Shown in pieces: positions 1 through 11,964 of a stretch of 64,000 nt of DNA. Both the position numbers and the translations under genes were made by a program. The notes beneath the pieces are model-generated. The model saw nothing but the letters and a program-made list of their open reading frames with translations. It made no database searches and was not told the origin of the DNA. The DNA is taken from the NCBI GenBank assembly GCA_000091205.1, contig AP006497.2; one strand, 5' to 3'. Source of the stretch: Cyanidioschyzon merolae. Lineage: Eukaryota. How positions within the stretch are numbered: the stretch's first letter is position 1; the number at the start of each line of letters is the position of its first letter.

Positions 1-45
1 GAACCCATGGAACACGCACGCTCACGAACAAGGTTCAACGGTCGT

Positions 46-243
46 TCAGCGAAGTCGTCGTGCTTCGCGTTCGCTTTCGAGGAGCGTGAGGATGTCGCCC
101 TCGCGCACTGGACCCTTCACGTTGCGGATGATCGAACGATTCTGATCATCCAGAAACTCCACCCGAACTTGAATGACACCACCCCGGGACCCAGTTCGCC
201 CAAGAATCTGTTTCACTCTTGCAAGTTTTACCGGTTGATCCAT
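46..243 (-). CDS. RPS28: 40S ribosomal protein S28e (65 aa). The real start is the internal Met ([10 protein letters not shown]...) of the 108-aa ORF at 46..372.
   Basis: Translation [65 protein letters not shown] is near-identical to the conserved eukaryotic S28e sequence (…GRTGS.G..TQVRVEF…[30 protein letters not shown]). Confidence 0.9.
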   Translation of the reverse strand: MDQPVKLARVKQILGRTGSRGGVIQVRVEFLDDQNRSIIRNVKGPVREGDILTLLESEREARRLR

Positions 244-1249
244 CGCAAACACAAGCGAACTTGGATGCAAACGCAGGCACACAGCGCTCAACAAGAAACA
301 ATGCGAAACAGCGCGTCCTGAATGCGACAGATGCGCACGCAGCGTCGTCGCTGCGGCGCGCCGCGATGTCACGCGCCTAGCCCGATGTGACGTTCGCGGT
401 GCGATGCGCCAAGCACCAGCGCACGCCGACGGGCGGCGGCGTAACCGCGGGATGCTTCACCTGCAGTATCCCTGGATGTGCGAATTCGGCGTGGAACTCG
501 GGGAAAGGAACCTCAAGTACCGCAGAGCACTGAAGACGCTGCGTCAAAATTCTGACGAGTAACGCATTGAGGACGAATCGGTCGCGTGATTTCCACAGTG
601 CCGAGCGCATTCGTGTCGTTCAATGGGGTGAACTTGGGGCATTCTTCCACATGGGTCCAGATGTTTATAGGGTGCAAGTAGTTAGCAAATAGGCCGTTGT
701 TCATGTACAGGCACTTTCGCAAAACGCCAGATTCAGAGGACGCTTGCGTATGGCCTTAGTAGCGAGACCCTGCGATGATGCTGGTGGCGAGTCGGGCGCT
801 GGTGCTTACTGCAGCACCAGATGCACAGCCCAGAAGTGTGTCGCGAGAAGGAACGGTCACGCGGTAACTGCCTCTGCTTTTTGGTTTCACACCTGCACTG
901 TCCACGTTTCTTTCTCTCTGTCCAACACTTGATGATCGCCATCATGGTTCAGAGCCCGTCGCATGGAAACTTCAGCGGGATGCAATTCCATGACAACGGA
1001 TGCGCTGGATTCGTGCTGAAGCCCACGCACGCTCAGCGATGTTGTTCTGTCTGGGAGGAAACGAGACGACGCTGGAACATCCACCATCGAAAAACTTGCC
1101 TACAGTCTGCTCCGCGTCAACAGAGTCGCTGGATGGACTGATCTGTGGCTCGTGCGCAGCGTCCTCACATCCGCTAAAAACAAGTGATGATCGCTCGTCT
1201 GGTTTTGGGCGGCAACTGCACCTTTAGTGGACTACTGTGCGACGTATCC

Positions 1250-1565
1250 ATCAAACTGCATGAAGCGAGAAGCCGACGCCCTCTGTGTGTGCTACGGCAA
1301 CGCCGTACTGTCTCCGTGCAGCGACCGCACCGGCGCTATAGACGACATTGCGGTCGCTTTTGGCAGGCACTAGGCACACACGATAGGACGTATGAAACGA
1401 CCAGAATATCCGAGAAGAAGTATAGGTCATGTAACTTGGAGGTAGCGGGTTTGATGGATACTTCACCGCGCACTGAAAAAACACAAAGAAACAGAAAGAA
1501 AAGAAAAAAGCGCATAATCGGAGAACGCTGGTCTATGGAAACGTTTTGTCAATGAAGAAAAGTCA
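1250..1565. repeat. Copy 1 of a roughly 300-bp dispersed repeat family; the second copy is at 12955-13250. It is A-rich internally and bounded by a 19-bp direct repeat (caaactgcatgaagcga...) at 1248 and 1560.
   Basis: Direct sequence comparison: 1385-1560 matches 13080-13250 at about 90% (gacgaccagaatatccgagaagaagtataggt...gcgcataatcggagaacgctgg.ctatggaaacgtt), and 1262-1280 matches 12968-12985 (gccgacgccctctgtg). Confidence 0.6.
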
Positions 1566-1752
1566 AACTGCATGAAGCGAAAAGGCGCCGCCGCCGCCGC
1601 TGCCGCCTGCTGCGCAACGAAACATCGCGCGACGTCCAAGTCCGATACAAGCTCTGCTGCTACACATCACGCCTGTAAACGTACTCGCCGCGAGTCGCGT
1701 CGTTCTTCTGTACTTTGTGAGAGCGCTTGGGAGCATGCCTGGTTGAGCACGA

Positions 1753-2370
1753 GTGCTCATGCGATACCTGCGATCAAGCGCATTGACTGCGCGACTGATC
1801 AAAGCCGGGTGTTTGCGTGAACCAGCGTGGATGTCGGCGCTCCGGGGTCTGGAGGCTGTACGCGCACAGCCCGTGCTTGATCCGGACGCTCGGGTTCCGA
1901 AGCCTGGAACCCGGACGCGTACGGCGAATGACCACACTTCACGGGTATCGCTGCTGCAACGACTGCGCCGCCGACTTGCGGAACGTCACCCCGAGTGGCT
2001 ACTCCACGTTGTGGTTGACCTCAATGCACCAACGAGAGCAGAGCGCGACGTGATCGAAAAGTTTGTTCGTATGCAGGCGGAGCTCATTCAGAGGGAGCAG
2101 TTGTCCGAAGAGGAAGCTTATGAACGCACGCTGGCCGTGCTACGCAGCGAACTACCGCGGACGTCGCAGCTGGCGGCGCTGGTTGAACAGCAGCAGACCG
2201 CGTCAAAGAGTGTCGGGTTGTCTCAGGTTATGGTGGCCGCACCGTCGCTTTCCGTTGCTAGTCCCGAGCGCCCACTCCAGGATCCAGAGGCCGTTTTTCT
2301 GGCAAGTCTCCAGGATGCACAACGTGATCGCTGGTTATTCGAGCAGTTTAGTAGACGTTTAACGAGTTAG
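1753..2370 (+). CDS. Hypothetical protein (205 aa), R/A-rich at the N-terminus.
   Basis: Open reading frame with protein-like composition in its C-terminal two thirds. No motif recognised. Confidence 0.35.
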   Translation: MLMRYLRSSALTARLIKAGCLREPAWMSALRGLEAVRAQPVLDPDARVPKPGTRTRTANDHTSRVSLLQRLRRRLAERHPEWLLHVVVDLNAPTRAERDVIEKFVRMQAELIQREQLSEEEAYERTLAVLRSELPRTSQLAALVEQQQTASKSVGLSQVMVAAPSLSVASPERPLQDPEAVFLASLQDAQRDRWLFEQFSRRLTS

Positions 2371-4239
2371 AGACGAGGTTTCCGCGTGAACACTGCGAAC
2401 GAGTCTGTCGATGTGAACGAGCAAGATCTACTGGGCAAGCGTTCGCGGAACAGCGTTGGGGCGTTATTGTGTTCCGTGCTGGTCACGCGCGAGCATCCCA
2501 GAAACTGAGCGTGCATCAGTAGGCGGCACGCCTCTGTGTCAAAGGCGTCGCACACACACACACACACAAGTACGCACGATATGAATTTCAGCGGTGCTTG
2601 GTATCGTTGCACAGGATACCGCCGGCATTCGCTTTCCAAGGCGGGCTCCTCATACCATGTATCGATATCATGGCTCCTCCGCAAAACACGGATGATCGCC
2701 AACAGCAACGAAAACGGTTAGACAAGTCTGATGGAATCCGTGAGACAGCATTGGTGTAGCGAGCTTCGTTCAAGGGGTGCGCTATCGCATACTTCGTCGA
2801 AACAGATCGATATGATGCGCTGGCGCTCAGCGAGGCAGTATGCACCAAGAAACAAGGGAGAGACGCTGACGACCATACGTCTTTGATCGTGTGTGCGAGG
2901 TAAATTACGAACAGGCACGGGCTTGTAGAACGGGTTCATCGCTGGCGAGCTCTCGTCGAGCATGCGTCTCATGTACGTGATACCGACATAAACAGCAAGA
3001 GACACGACATTCTTGCGGTGAGCATTTCTGAGTACAGTGTAAAGAGGCCATGGGCGCAGTTAGAGAGGAAGCATCCTCGACAGATCGCCGATGGTACCGG
3101 TTGGTGTCATATATGCGCATATGTTTCGTAAATGACCCGCTTGCAAGCGAGCTCGCTTCTTTCGTATGAACTTCGAAGCCTGTTGGTCATTCAGGGTGGC
3201 GCTGAAACCCGCTCCATCTCCCGAGACATGTTTCTGGGGTGCAGCATCATTCACATGAAAAGAGGATCATCGAATCTACCGCGAGCACCGTCACGGGCGC
3301 TCCGACAGTTTCGTGCTGTGCTAAGCGACTGCAGGTGCTCCACTGGTGCAACTTGCCCCAGTGTCTGCTGACCGCATCTCATCCCCGAAACCCGACATAC
3401 ACCAGCTTTACCAGTGCATCATCGACAGATGTAACCAATCGTGCGCGTAACACGCAACACCAATGCCCGTATAAACATCAGAAGACCTCCGGTAGGAGAC
3501 CTCGAATCTGATGCCTCAAATATGATCCGTAAACCAAAAAATATCGCCGGATCATGAAGCGTCCATTGATACCTACTCAGTGGCGCTGCCCAGCTTTTTC
3601 GGACCGGCCGCCTGCAATCGGTCTCAGTTTACCCAAACACATTTCGAGCTTGAGAGGCTGCCGTGCGATTCTAGATCGCTTCAGTTCCTCGGGCATCGTC
3701 TTGATCAGCACAAGTCTCATGATGTTGACGGCCGGTGTTGGAGTATCGGCTCACAAACTCCGTGCGTTTCTTGCCGCTGGCGGATCGCATCGATGTACGG
3801 GTTGCTAGTACTCGTGCCGTCTCTGCCACTGCAGTCTCGTCATCGTCCTGTCGAGCAAACACCTTTTCCCGCCGATCTCCTCTCTTCTTCTTGTTCTTCG
3901 TGACTTGCTCTTCTTCACTCGATATTCGACGACGAGACGATTTTTTCGTTGTTTTCCGGTACCCGGCGATGCCAACCCTCTAGGATCCTTGACTTCCATG
4001 TCCATGCCTTGCCATGAGTTCTTTATTTCTTCAAATGAACGCACTTGGAACACGTCTGCTATAAACCGCGAAAAACCTCTTCATTTCCAGTCGCCTCGGT
4101 ATGAACCAAAATGAACTCGAAAGACTCGGCAGGGCACCCGTCTGTGCCAGGGTGTTCGGCCAGATTTTGCCGCCCCGCGGATCAAGTCGCTACCCAGAGA
4201 CGCCACTGTTCTTGTCCCAACTTCGTCTGAGAAGGGGTC

Positions 4240-4863
4240 GTGCGCCAACACAGTGTTTCGAATCAGACGTATATGGACTTGAGCAGCCCGCAGGAGACCT
4301 TGCGTCCTCGCTATAACGCGGTAGCGTGGTCGGTGTTGCTGGTGCGGCGTCCAAGAACGCTGTTGGCGACGGCTGGTCAAGCTGCGCTGCGCCCAGCGCT
4401 GATGGTTCGTGGATTCAACGTCAGGGTCGGGATCGTGTTGCATCAGCTACCTGATGCACCGATCCGTGCTAGAAATTACCTATACTGTCTTTCTGAGAAA
4501 CAACCGGACTCTAAAAAGCCGACGGACCGGAGCCGGCGGGACGCTTCGCAACCAGTGCCCAGAGACCAGTCCGTTGAGCAACGCCTCGCACGAGAAGCCA
4601 CTCAGCACGGGCACGGATCAGAGGAGGAAGCGCCTGTCTTTGATGAGACTGCCGCACGGGCTGCTGAGATTCTGGAACTTTTGGAAGGTCTGCGCGCATT
4701 CCGGCAACGAATTATTGATGATGCGCAAGCCATGGCGAAGCAGATCAGAACCCCGAAGGAGCAAGTTGATGCGAGTTTAGCGAAACATCCCGATATCGCT
4801 AAGATTGATGCGAGCATCCGCCGACTGGAAGCGGAGCTGAAGGCGATCAGCGATAACGTGTGA
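4240..4863 (+). CDS. Hypothetical protein with a C-terminal coiled-coil-like segment. The real start is possibly downstream of 4240.
   Basis: Long ORF. The C-terminal 90 aa show heptad-like E/K/A/L composition. No family recognised. Confidence 0.3.
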   Translation: MRQHSVSNQTYMDLSSPQETLRPRYNAVAWSVLLVRRPRTLLATAGQAALRPALMVRGFNVRVGIVLHQLPDAPIRARNYLYCLSEKQPDSKKPTDRSRRDASQPVPRDQSVEQRLAREATQHGHGSEEEAPVFDETAARAAEILELLEGLRAFRQRIIDDAQAMAKQIRTPKEQVDASLAKHPDIAKIDASIRRLEAELKAISDNV

Positions 4864-5149
4864 GTTGCGGATCTCGGGCAGAGGCGCTCCGATACGTGGC
4901 CATATGCCACGTCAGTAGGAGTAAGAAAGCGTGAAGCACCTTCCGGCTGGCTGATCGAACGCAGCCGCCGTGCCACTCGCAAGCCGGTGATGGTGCATGG
5001 AATTCCCGTCAGATTCTGAAGCGACTAGCTATGAAGACGAGGTATATAGGTGGCAGCCAACGCAATGCTAGGATTTGCAACGATAACGGCTCAGCTTCGG
5101 GCCTGTTTGAGACGGAATGGAGCTAGCCGCTGCATTGTACAATTTTTTC

Positions 5150-6430
5150 TCAGCAAAGGAGCTCCGCCATGACGCGCTCTTCATCCGCTGGCGATGCAAC
5201 GATTCGACAGAAACCGATTCCTTCACCAGGTGACGGATTTTCCCATTTGCCTGCAAACGACGTCACCACTTTCACCACATCGTTCTCGGTGCTTTCAAAA
5301 AGAGTCGGGTGATTGGGTCCCCGCAAAAGCACTCTCCGTATGCATTCATCCAGTGGAACCGGGAAAACGAGAACGCCTACGGGGTAGGCATTCGCTTGCG
5401 CTGCAATCGCTATCCAGACCGCTCGTTGTGCGCTATCCACGTTGCACCGGTCGACAATGACGTGGCGAGGAGGATCAGACGTGAGCGCCTCCTGCATCAT
5501 GCGCTCACACTCCTGCCGAGATCCGAGATCATCCTGGCTGACTCGTACCCAGTTTTCACCTCCGTGTTTTAACACGAGTTTCGCGAATGTCGACTTTCCC
5601 GATCCAGGAATGCCACAGAGTAGGACTACGCGGGACCGATGCGCTCTCCCCGAGCTCTGGAGTTGCTCCTCCGAGGACCTGTATTGAAACTCGGAACTGG
5701 CTGCTGTCACCTCGGTCAGCGGCGCAGCCACACCCCAGCGTTGATCAGCTTCGCGGGTGCGCCCGATGTCGCAGTCGTGACCAGCAGTGTCGTCGGTGTT
5801 GCTCGGCGAACACGCAGTCGATGATAGGCAGCTCACGTGCAGCTCTCCACGCTCCTTACTGGCCAGAACCGACTGTTGCGGGCGCAACCGCTCCAGGTCC
5901 GAAGTGCCGTCTGTTCGCGAAAGCAGTGGCGCTCGGACAGCGCTCCGGATCGAAACGAAAAGCCTCTGTAAACGGTGTACCAACTGTACCGTTTGGCGAG
6001 CTGGGTTGTTCCCTGAGGCAGTGCTGGTCCGCATATCGCCAGAAAACAATGTCTGGCGTAGAGGGTGCTCGCTCAGAGCCAGCGTCACTTTGCAGTGTCG
6101 CCGCGCAGCGGGCTCCCTGCTCTTGCAGCAAAGTCGTCGAGCACACGTGTTTGCCGGCGTCGGTCGCTGCTGAACCAGAACCAAAGTTGGACCCACGAAA
6201 AGTCGAGTTCCAAGCTTCCTCTTGAGCATGGTCCTCAGCGACACCGCGATAGCCAGCCAGCTGCACAGTGCATAGTTTTCGGACAGTGCTGCGGCCAGAA
6301 GCTGCCGTTCAGTAGGGTTTACGCTGCGCGAACGGCGCTGCGGGAAGTTTGGGCGTTTTGCGCGCACATCGAATCCCAGGCGCTGGCCGCGCTGCTCCCC
6401 AGACCTGCTACGGTACAACAGGGGATTCAC
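5150..6430 (-). CDS. P-loop NTPase / polynucleotide-kinase-like (AAA_33-type) protein. The kinase domain is encoded at about 5150-5630. The N-terminal roughly 260 aa of the maximal ORF are low-complexity, so the true start is uncertain.
   Basis: Walker A motif VVLLCGIPGSGKSTFAKLV, followed by RHVIVDRCN (Walker B-like D) and a compact 160-aa kinase fold. Confidence 0.5.
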   Translation of the reverse strand: MNPLLYRSRSGEQRGQRLGFDVRAKRPNFPQRRSRSVNPTERQLLAAALSENYALCSWLAIAVSLRTMLKRKLGTRLFVGPTLVLVQQRPTPANTCARRLCCKSREPAARRHCKVTLALSEHPLRQTLFSGDMRTSTASGNNPARQTVQLVHRLQRLFVSIRSAVRAPLLSRTDGTSDLERLRPQQSVLASKERGELHVSCLSSTACSPSNTDDTAGHDCDIGRTREADQRWGVAAPLTEVTAASSEFQYRSSEEQLQSSGRAHRSRVVLLCGIPGSGKSTFAKLVLKHGGENWVRVSQDDLGSRQECERMMQEALTSDPPRHVIVDRCNVDSAQRAVWIAIAAQANAYPVGVLVFPVPLDECIRRVLLRGPNHPTLFESTENDVVKVVTSFAGKWENPSPGEGIGFCRIVASPADEERVMAELLC

Positions 6431-6543
6431 CGGCGTTGTCGGTGCTTATGTACTCATCTGGGGTGGCGTCCGACCAGTGGGGCTTGACTGAAATGATATA
6501 TGTTGGAGTATGTTTTGTGTGGAGCGTGCATCTGGGGATACAG

Positions 6544-6937
6544 CACGCGCATGATGCGTGCGTGCTTGGCACCGAACGCAGTAGCCACGACGACTCCTAC
6601 AGAGCGCCTCCTCTGGGTCGTTGAGGGCGTCAGATTCCATGCCACACTTGAGACTGGCAGTGCCCATACACGCACTGGAGCTGAGCGTTGTCATAAATCG
6701 GGACCTGGGGCTGCGAAACAATCGCTCTCAATGGTATTGCTGGCGTGCAACGAATGGACAGCGGGCACCACAACGCAAGTGCCCGCGGAATGCGGTGCGC
6801 TGGATGATTTCCTTGCATCTGTATGCAAGGATGCGCGCTCTGCTTCTTGTGCTGGTGCTGCTGCTTTGGGGAATTTGTGCACGTGCGTCATCCACGCTGA
6901 TGGTTGCTTTTCGAATGGTGACTACTGAGGCGCATTC
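6544..6937. repeat. Left arm of a roughly 395-bp inverted repeat pair; the partner is 12303-12698.
   Basis: The reverse complement of 12303-12698 aligns to 6544-6937 at about 96% identity. Mirror-image ORFs (6621..6992 + and 12288..12677 -, MRASDSMPHLRLAVPIHALELSVVINRD...) confirm it. Confidence 0.9.
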
Positions 6938-7709
6938 GCGAACATACATACTGATCTTTACCGAGCAGCAAGCGCGAAGCAGTCGCATGTAAGCGATTGT
7001 TGCGACAATCAGCTACCCGCATGCGTAAAGCTCTACCATTGCCAACGATGCTCTCTACTGAAACCGCATCATCCTCGGAAGGCACGTATCACCGATGCGC
7101 TATTATCATTGGACGCAAGCCGCCGAATCATCGTGCCGTTCGGCAGCGCGTGCACCACCAAACGATCAAAAAGCGCAGGTTACACCTGCACCCGTTCGCC
7201 TGCACCGCAGTATCTCGTTCAAGCAGTCGCACGATGATGGGGCTATTGCGCCAATCTGGAAACCGCACCGCCGTCCACCGACAATCCCGCGAACACCCGT
7301 GTCCTTTCCTACCTAACAAAATGTTAACGTACACCGGGGGATTCCGATTGGGCGCCAGCTAGCAGCGCTCTATGTAGCAAACACACGTCCACGTGTCGAT
7401 CGCGCGTGCACCGGAATCCCGCCTCTGCCAGCAGCTGTGCGCTGCGGTGATCGCGGATTCGCGCCAACGACGCCAAGCGCTGCTGCTGGTGCTCTCGGTG
7501 CCCGTAATCCGTTGTTGCGCTCAGACGATATGCGCGCGCGCGCACGCTGGCGGGGGCACTGGCTGCGATCCGCGAACGTACGTTGCCGTAGCGCTGCATT
7601 TTTCGTTGAGGCTGTGCTTGCTCGTAGGTCGAGAAGCGGCCCGGTTGCGGCCGCAAACAAGTTCGAGTCCAAACGGGACCCGCAACAACACGAACAAGTG
7701 TTTTGGTGA

Positions 7710-8573
7710 ATGTTCCTCTTTGCTAGCACGTTTGTGTGTCAGCGAGCCTGGCCGCGAGCGCGCTTTCGGAACGCCCCGTGTCGGCGCGTGACGTTGGACG
7801 CTAGGGGTGACTCAGTGAGTGCAGGTGCCGAACAGCCGACGCGTCGTCCTGAGGCGCCCGCGAAAAGGCGTGGGAGTCGCTTTCTCATCAAGGTCCGAAA
7901 GTCTGTGCGCACCACACGCAAGCACGGTAGCGTCATTCCAGCTGATGTTTGGTTACCACCCGAACTAACAAGTGACGTTTTGCCTTGCGGCGACAGCAAA
8001 CTCTTGGATAATGAGGCGCACTTACCGGCGCTGGTGCTCAACGCGGACTATAGACCCCTTTCGTACCTGCCACTGTCGTTGTGGTCCTGGCAAGAAGCAA
8101 TAAAGGCGTCGCTTTCGGGTCGCGTTCGTGTTGTTGCCGAGTACGATAAAATTATTCGTGCACCGTCGATGAGCATGCGGTTGCCTGCTGTGGTGTGCCT
8201 CAAGCGCTTTCAGCAGAGCACGGTCTCTCGGGCAGCTTTCACACGTTTTAACGTCTTCCTTCGGGACTCGTTCCAGTGCCAGTATTGTGGTACGAGCGGG
8301 CCTATCACAGATCTGACGTTTGATCACGTCGTGCCGCGTTCGCGCGGTGGCAAGACGTGCTGGCGCAATGTCGTCACCTGCTGCACGGCCTGCAATCGAC
8401 GCAAAGGCGGCAAACTGCCCCACGAAATACCAAATATGACGTTGCAACGTCAACCTTATGTACCGCTATACTGTGAATTGCAGGAAGTGGCCCGTAAGTT
8501 TCCCCCGCGATTCTTGCATGAGACCTGGGCAGACTACCTGTTCTGGGATGTGCCCCTGCAACGAGACGAATGA
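7710..8573 (+). CDS. HNH endonuclease of the bacterial / plastid-type small HNH family, with a roughly 100-aa N-terminal extension (putative organelle-targeting presequence).
   Basis: C-terminal HNH motif FDHVVPRSRGGKTCWRNVVTCCTACNRRKGGK. The upstream LVLNADYRPLSYLPLSLWSWQEAIKASLSGRVRVVAEYDK matches the conserved N-region of the roughly 170-aa bacterial HNH family (LN..Y.PL…W.RA…..GKA.V.E). Confidence 0.8.
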   Translation: MFLFASTFVCQRAWPRARFRNAPCRRVTLDARGDSVSAGAEQPTRRPEAPAKRRGSRFLIKVRKSVRTTRKHGSVIPADVWLPPELTSDVLPCGDSKLLDNEAHLPALVLNADYRPLSYLPLSLWSWQEAIKASLSGRVRVVAEYDKIIRAPSMSMRLPAVVCLKRFQQSTVSRAAFTRFNVFLRDSFQCQYCGTSGPITDLTFDHVVPRSRGGKTCWRNVVTCCTACNRRKGGKLPHEIPNMTLQRQPYVPLYCELQEVARKFPPRFLHETWADYLFWDVPLQRDE

Positions 8574-10893
8574 TGGAGGTTTGGGGTACGAACGTGACTT
8601 GGAAGTGCCCCGCCCCGCGGTTGCGTATCTCGAACGTTTGCCTGTCTGGGGCAAGCCTCGTTAGAATGCAGCACTTCAGTGCGAAGTGAGTATACGAGCT
8701 GCAAGAGCTGTCGACCAATCCACGGAGCGCGCGCTTCGTGGAACCATCTGATTCAGAGGATCCCGGGCAGAGCCATGATCTCTAGGCTTTCGAAGGCGTA
8801 TCGCTGCTTTTGCCGGCATTGGCGCTGTTCGTGGTCCAGATGTATTGGAAGCGAGTCCGACCGAACGCTATGCGCTGTCGAGAGAAACGACTGATTCAGC
8901 GTGTTATTTACTTTGCGATGGAGACGAATCCGCAGGCCACGATCGAGCCCTTTGCGAACAGTGCTTATTTCTGGTCGATCTGTAGATGTGCAGAATGGAG
9001 GTGTCAGGTGCATGGAATGCGCGTCACGATACAACGCGGATCTTGTGGCACGACATGGCATTGCACAGCTGGTACCGAGGAAGCTTCGTCAGAAACCAAC
9101 AGGGAGCTATTCTTTCCGTGTGGAATCGTGAGAAGCGTGCAATCGCTATGGGTTGCCATCCGTCGTGTATTTCAACGCAGCGAGGCCGTTTCATCTAGCG
9201 TGAATTCTAAAATGTGCAGTATCTGCTCATCGGTCAACTGCAGTACACTCGTGTCCGAATGAAGTGGAACCTGTCCACTTGCCTACGACAGGCGCACGCT
9301 CTCAAGTCTGGACAGCTCCCACTGCCATGAACACTGGTCTTTGCGGGCTTTTTATACAACTGATTCTTTTTTCTTCTTGACATCTTCGGCTCTAAACTCG
9401 CCTGGCTCTCCTGCCCGACCAGCTCCATCGTCCGCAATTCAAAGGATTTTGGCGGAGGCGTTCAATTCTCGTGTTCACCGCTTCTGCACGTGATTCACAA
9501 GCACCACGCGTAAGCGGAAAACTTGCGATCTACGCTTCGCTTGTTGCTTTCAATATCTTTTTGTCAGGTTTTGCGCGCCCTTCGCAGCGCTGACGCGTCA
9601 CAATTGGTAACGGTTCCCGAATGCGTCGGCCGCTCCTCGCTCTTCGGTAGACGCCCTGTGGCGCGCTAACGCTCGCTTGATCGCTTGTTTCATGCCCTTG
9701 ACAGGTACAGAAAGGAGGTCTCCGCTGCTTTGCTGTGTTTTGGCTCCTAGTCCGAGCCATGCGAACAACCCCTCGACTGGGAGACGCCCTCGGAGAATAC
9801 TCTGTTCGCTACAGGCGCAAGCGCACGCTGTTCCATTTGATGGAGGAATCGTTGAAAGCGATATTGTCCGGGATGGAAGAAGCACCCGAAAAGGAATTCT
9901 AGGCTCGAGAACACGTCGAGAAATGTTGATCCATCTCCGGCTCCTTGTTTCCAAAATGCTGACGCTTGCTCTATCGGAAGCCGTCGCTTTATGGACAGAG
10001 GTCCATGTCCAAGACACGTGTCCGTGCAAAAACCAGGATGCCGATGCCTTTCGAGGCATATCTCGTGATAGGCTTCGAGCTGGTGTCGCATGCATTTTGC
10101 CGATGGCCTCTAAGAGAGGGGCAATTTGTTTCTTGAGCGGAATCGATTCTTTGAAGTGAAAAGATCGTTGAATTCGCAGCGTGAACCTGTGAACAAGCAA
10201 TCAACGGATGACGTCGAGGTGTTTCCCTTTTCAAGTCAGCGGTGCGAATTCCAACGGCCACGATTTGTCCTGGAACAGAGAGATCGAAATCTTGAAAAAT
10301 GTGAAATTTGAGCATGCTACACGTACAAAAAGGAGAAGCGTGGAAGCCTGCACATGTTAATTGGATGAAGATATCCACTTTTTTAAGAGCTCTTGTTTCA
10401 TTGTGTCGCGAATCATTTCGATTCCGGCGACGTAACGAATTCCAGCAGCAAAGGATCGAAGGAATCGCTGCGAAAAGACTACCAAGAATAACAAACCCCG
10501 TATGCAACCGAACGTTCTTTCTACTGTTCTGCGACCACCAAAGCTCCACGTCTAGAACATCTTCTGAAAAACAATCACAACGCAGGAACAAAGCGACTGC
10601 TTCAGTGTTCCGTGTTTATCCGACACAACTCCAGCGGACGGAAATCTGTCCCTATCCGAGAACAGCGAATAGTTGCAACGCAGGCATGCCCTGCACCCGA
10701 TCGCATCAGGTAAACGGCCTTCTTCGATTGAGACAACGTTTCTCCGCACCGGGGATTCCCGATTTATCCATCCCACAGAGCAGGCAAACCATGGAGATCA
10801 CGTATTCGGTGAAAGCGTTGTCACCAGGTCTCCTCTGGTTGCGTTCAGCGCGATTGCATGCCCATGGACGTTGCCATACGACGCATCGGTCGC

Positions 10894-11733
10894 CTAGGCA
10901 TTGGGCACTTTGACTGGCGATAGACCCATCTGTTCAAAGCGGCCGCTCTGCTCCCAGGCATGAACGCCGCCCTCAATTTCCTCGAGCACACGAGCGGCCG
11001 TCTCCGAGGAAGCTCGGAATCCCTCGAGGAGTTGCTGGAGCCGCGGACGGTTCCGGAACACCGGACGATGATGCCACTTGGGCATGATCGCAGCGTACAT
11101 CGCCAGTGTGGGCGCCAAAGCGATATCTGCGAGGGTCACCATTTGCGTTTCGACGGCATGACGTCTGGTATTGTCCTCAGTGAGCATGGTCTCGAGTGTA
11201 TCGAGATGTAGCTCGATTTGCGAGAGCCCATGCTCTCGCTCCGCAGGTGTATTTGTAGGCCGATACAGCACCGCCTGATTCGTCGTGAGGTACAGATCGT
11301 GCACTCGTACATAGAGACGCGCGCGAGCTCTTTTCTCTGGAGTCTGCGGCCGGTATCGCTCCCCGAGTCCGTATTTGTCGAGGAGATACTCGACGATGAC
11401 GTCACTTTCCCAGATGCTCTCTCCCGTGGGCAGCACTAACGCAGGGAACTTGCCATACTTGTGCACTCTCTGTCGATATTCCGAAGTTTTCAGGTATGAA
11501 CCTGGAGGTTCAATTTTTATGTCCAGGTTGTTATCGTAGATGATATACCGAACGCGAGCAGAAAAGTTCGACACGGGAACCGAGAAAAGCGTAGCAGTCT
11601 GGTTGCTTGTCGTGTCGTTCATCAGCACGCACAAGGTTCCCTTGTTGATAAAGTGACGCCGTTGGGCTCGCGGAAATATTGCTTGGATAGGCGTATGCTT
11701 AGGTCGAACAGGCAGAGCGTGAATGAAAGCCAT
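10894..11733 (-). CDS. Glutathione S-transferase-like protein, with a thioredoxin-like N-domain and a helical C-domain. The real start may be the internal Met near 11628.
   Basis: GST N-domain signature …KFPALVLPTGESIWESDVIVEYLLDKYG (cis-Pro, ES..I..YL) and a helical C-domain (LAPTLAMYAAIMPKWHHRPVF…). Confidence 0.65.
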   Translation of the reverse strand: MAFIHALPVRPKHTPIQAIFPRAQRRHFINKGTLCVLMNDTTSNQTATLFSVPVSNFSARVRYIIYDNNLDIKIEPPGSYLKTSEYRQRVHKYGKFPALVLPTGESIWESDVIVEYLLDKYGLGERYRPQTPEKRARARLYVRVHDLYLTTNQAVLYRPTNTPAEREHGLSQIELHLDTLETMLTEDNTRRHAVETQMVTLADIALAPTLAMYAAIMPKWHHRPVFRNRPRLQQLLEGFRASSETAARVLEEIEGGVHAWEQSGRFEQMGLSPVKVPNA

Positions 11734-11903
11734 CGGTTGTTGCGTAGGCCCCAGAAATACAGCGCGCTCTCTACGTGCCTCTGGGCGGGTCTAAGCGAAA
11801 GGACACAATAGTAATTGACAACTCTGGCTGCAAGCGATGCGATGCAGAGGCCACCGGGCGGCGGCTGCGGAGGCGTCCGGTGCTCGATGGAGCGATTCGC
11901 GAG

Positions 11904-11904
11904 G

Positions 11905-11964
<60 letters not shown>

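Noticed and set aside
5587-6225. 212-aa + strand ORF (with 5639..5824, 5787..6173 and 6065..6487) overlapping the P-loop kinase gene region
   Set aside because: It is antisense to or overlapping a minus-strand ORF carrying a genuine Walker-A kinase domain. Its composition is R/S/A/C-rich, typical of GC-rich non-coding frames.
6500-6992. ORFs inside the inverted-repeat arms (6500..6928 +, 6621..6992 +; mirror images 12307..12711 -, 12288..12677 -)
   Set aside because: They are exact mirror images created by the IR, with C/R/A-rich low-complexity translations and no recognisable domain. They are probably non-coding.
9598-10591. Two 200-aa minus-strand ORFs (9598..10200, 9989..10591) in the lower-GC spacer of the IR cassette
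   Set aside because: The translations look random (no periodicity, many C/R/S), the two ORFs are in different frames, and they overlap. A degraded pseudogene is possible but I cannot support it.
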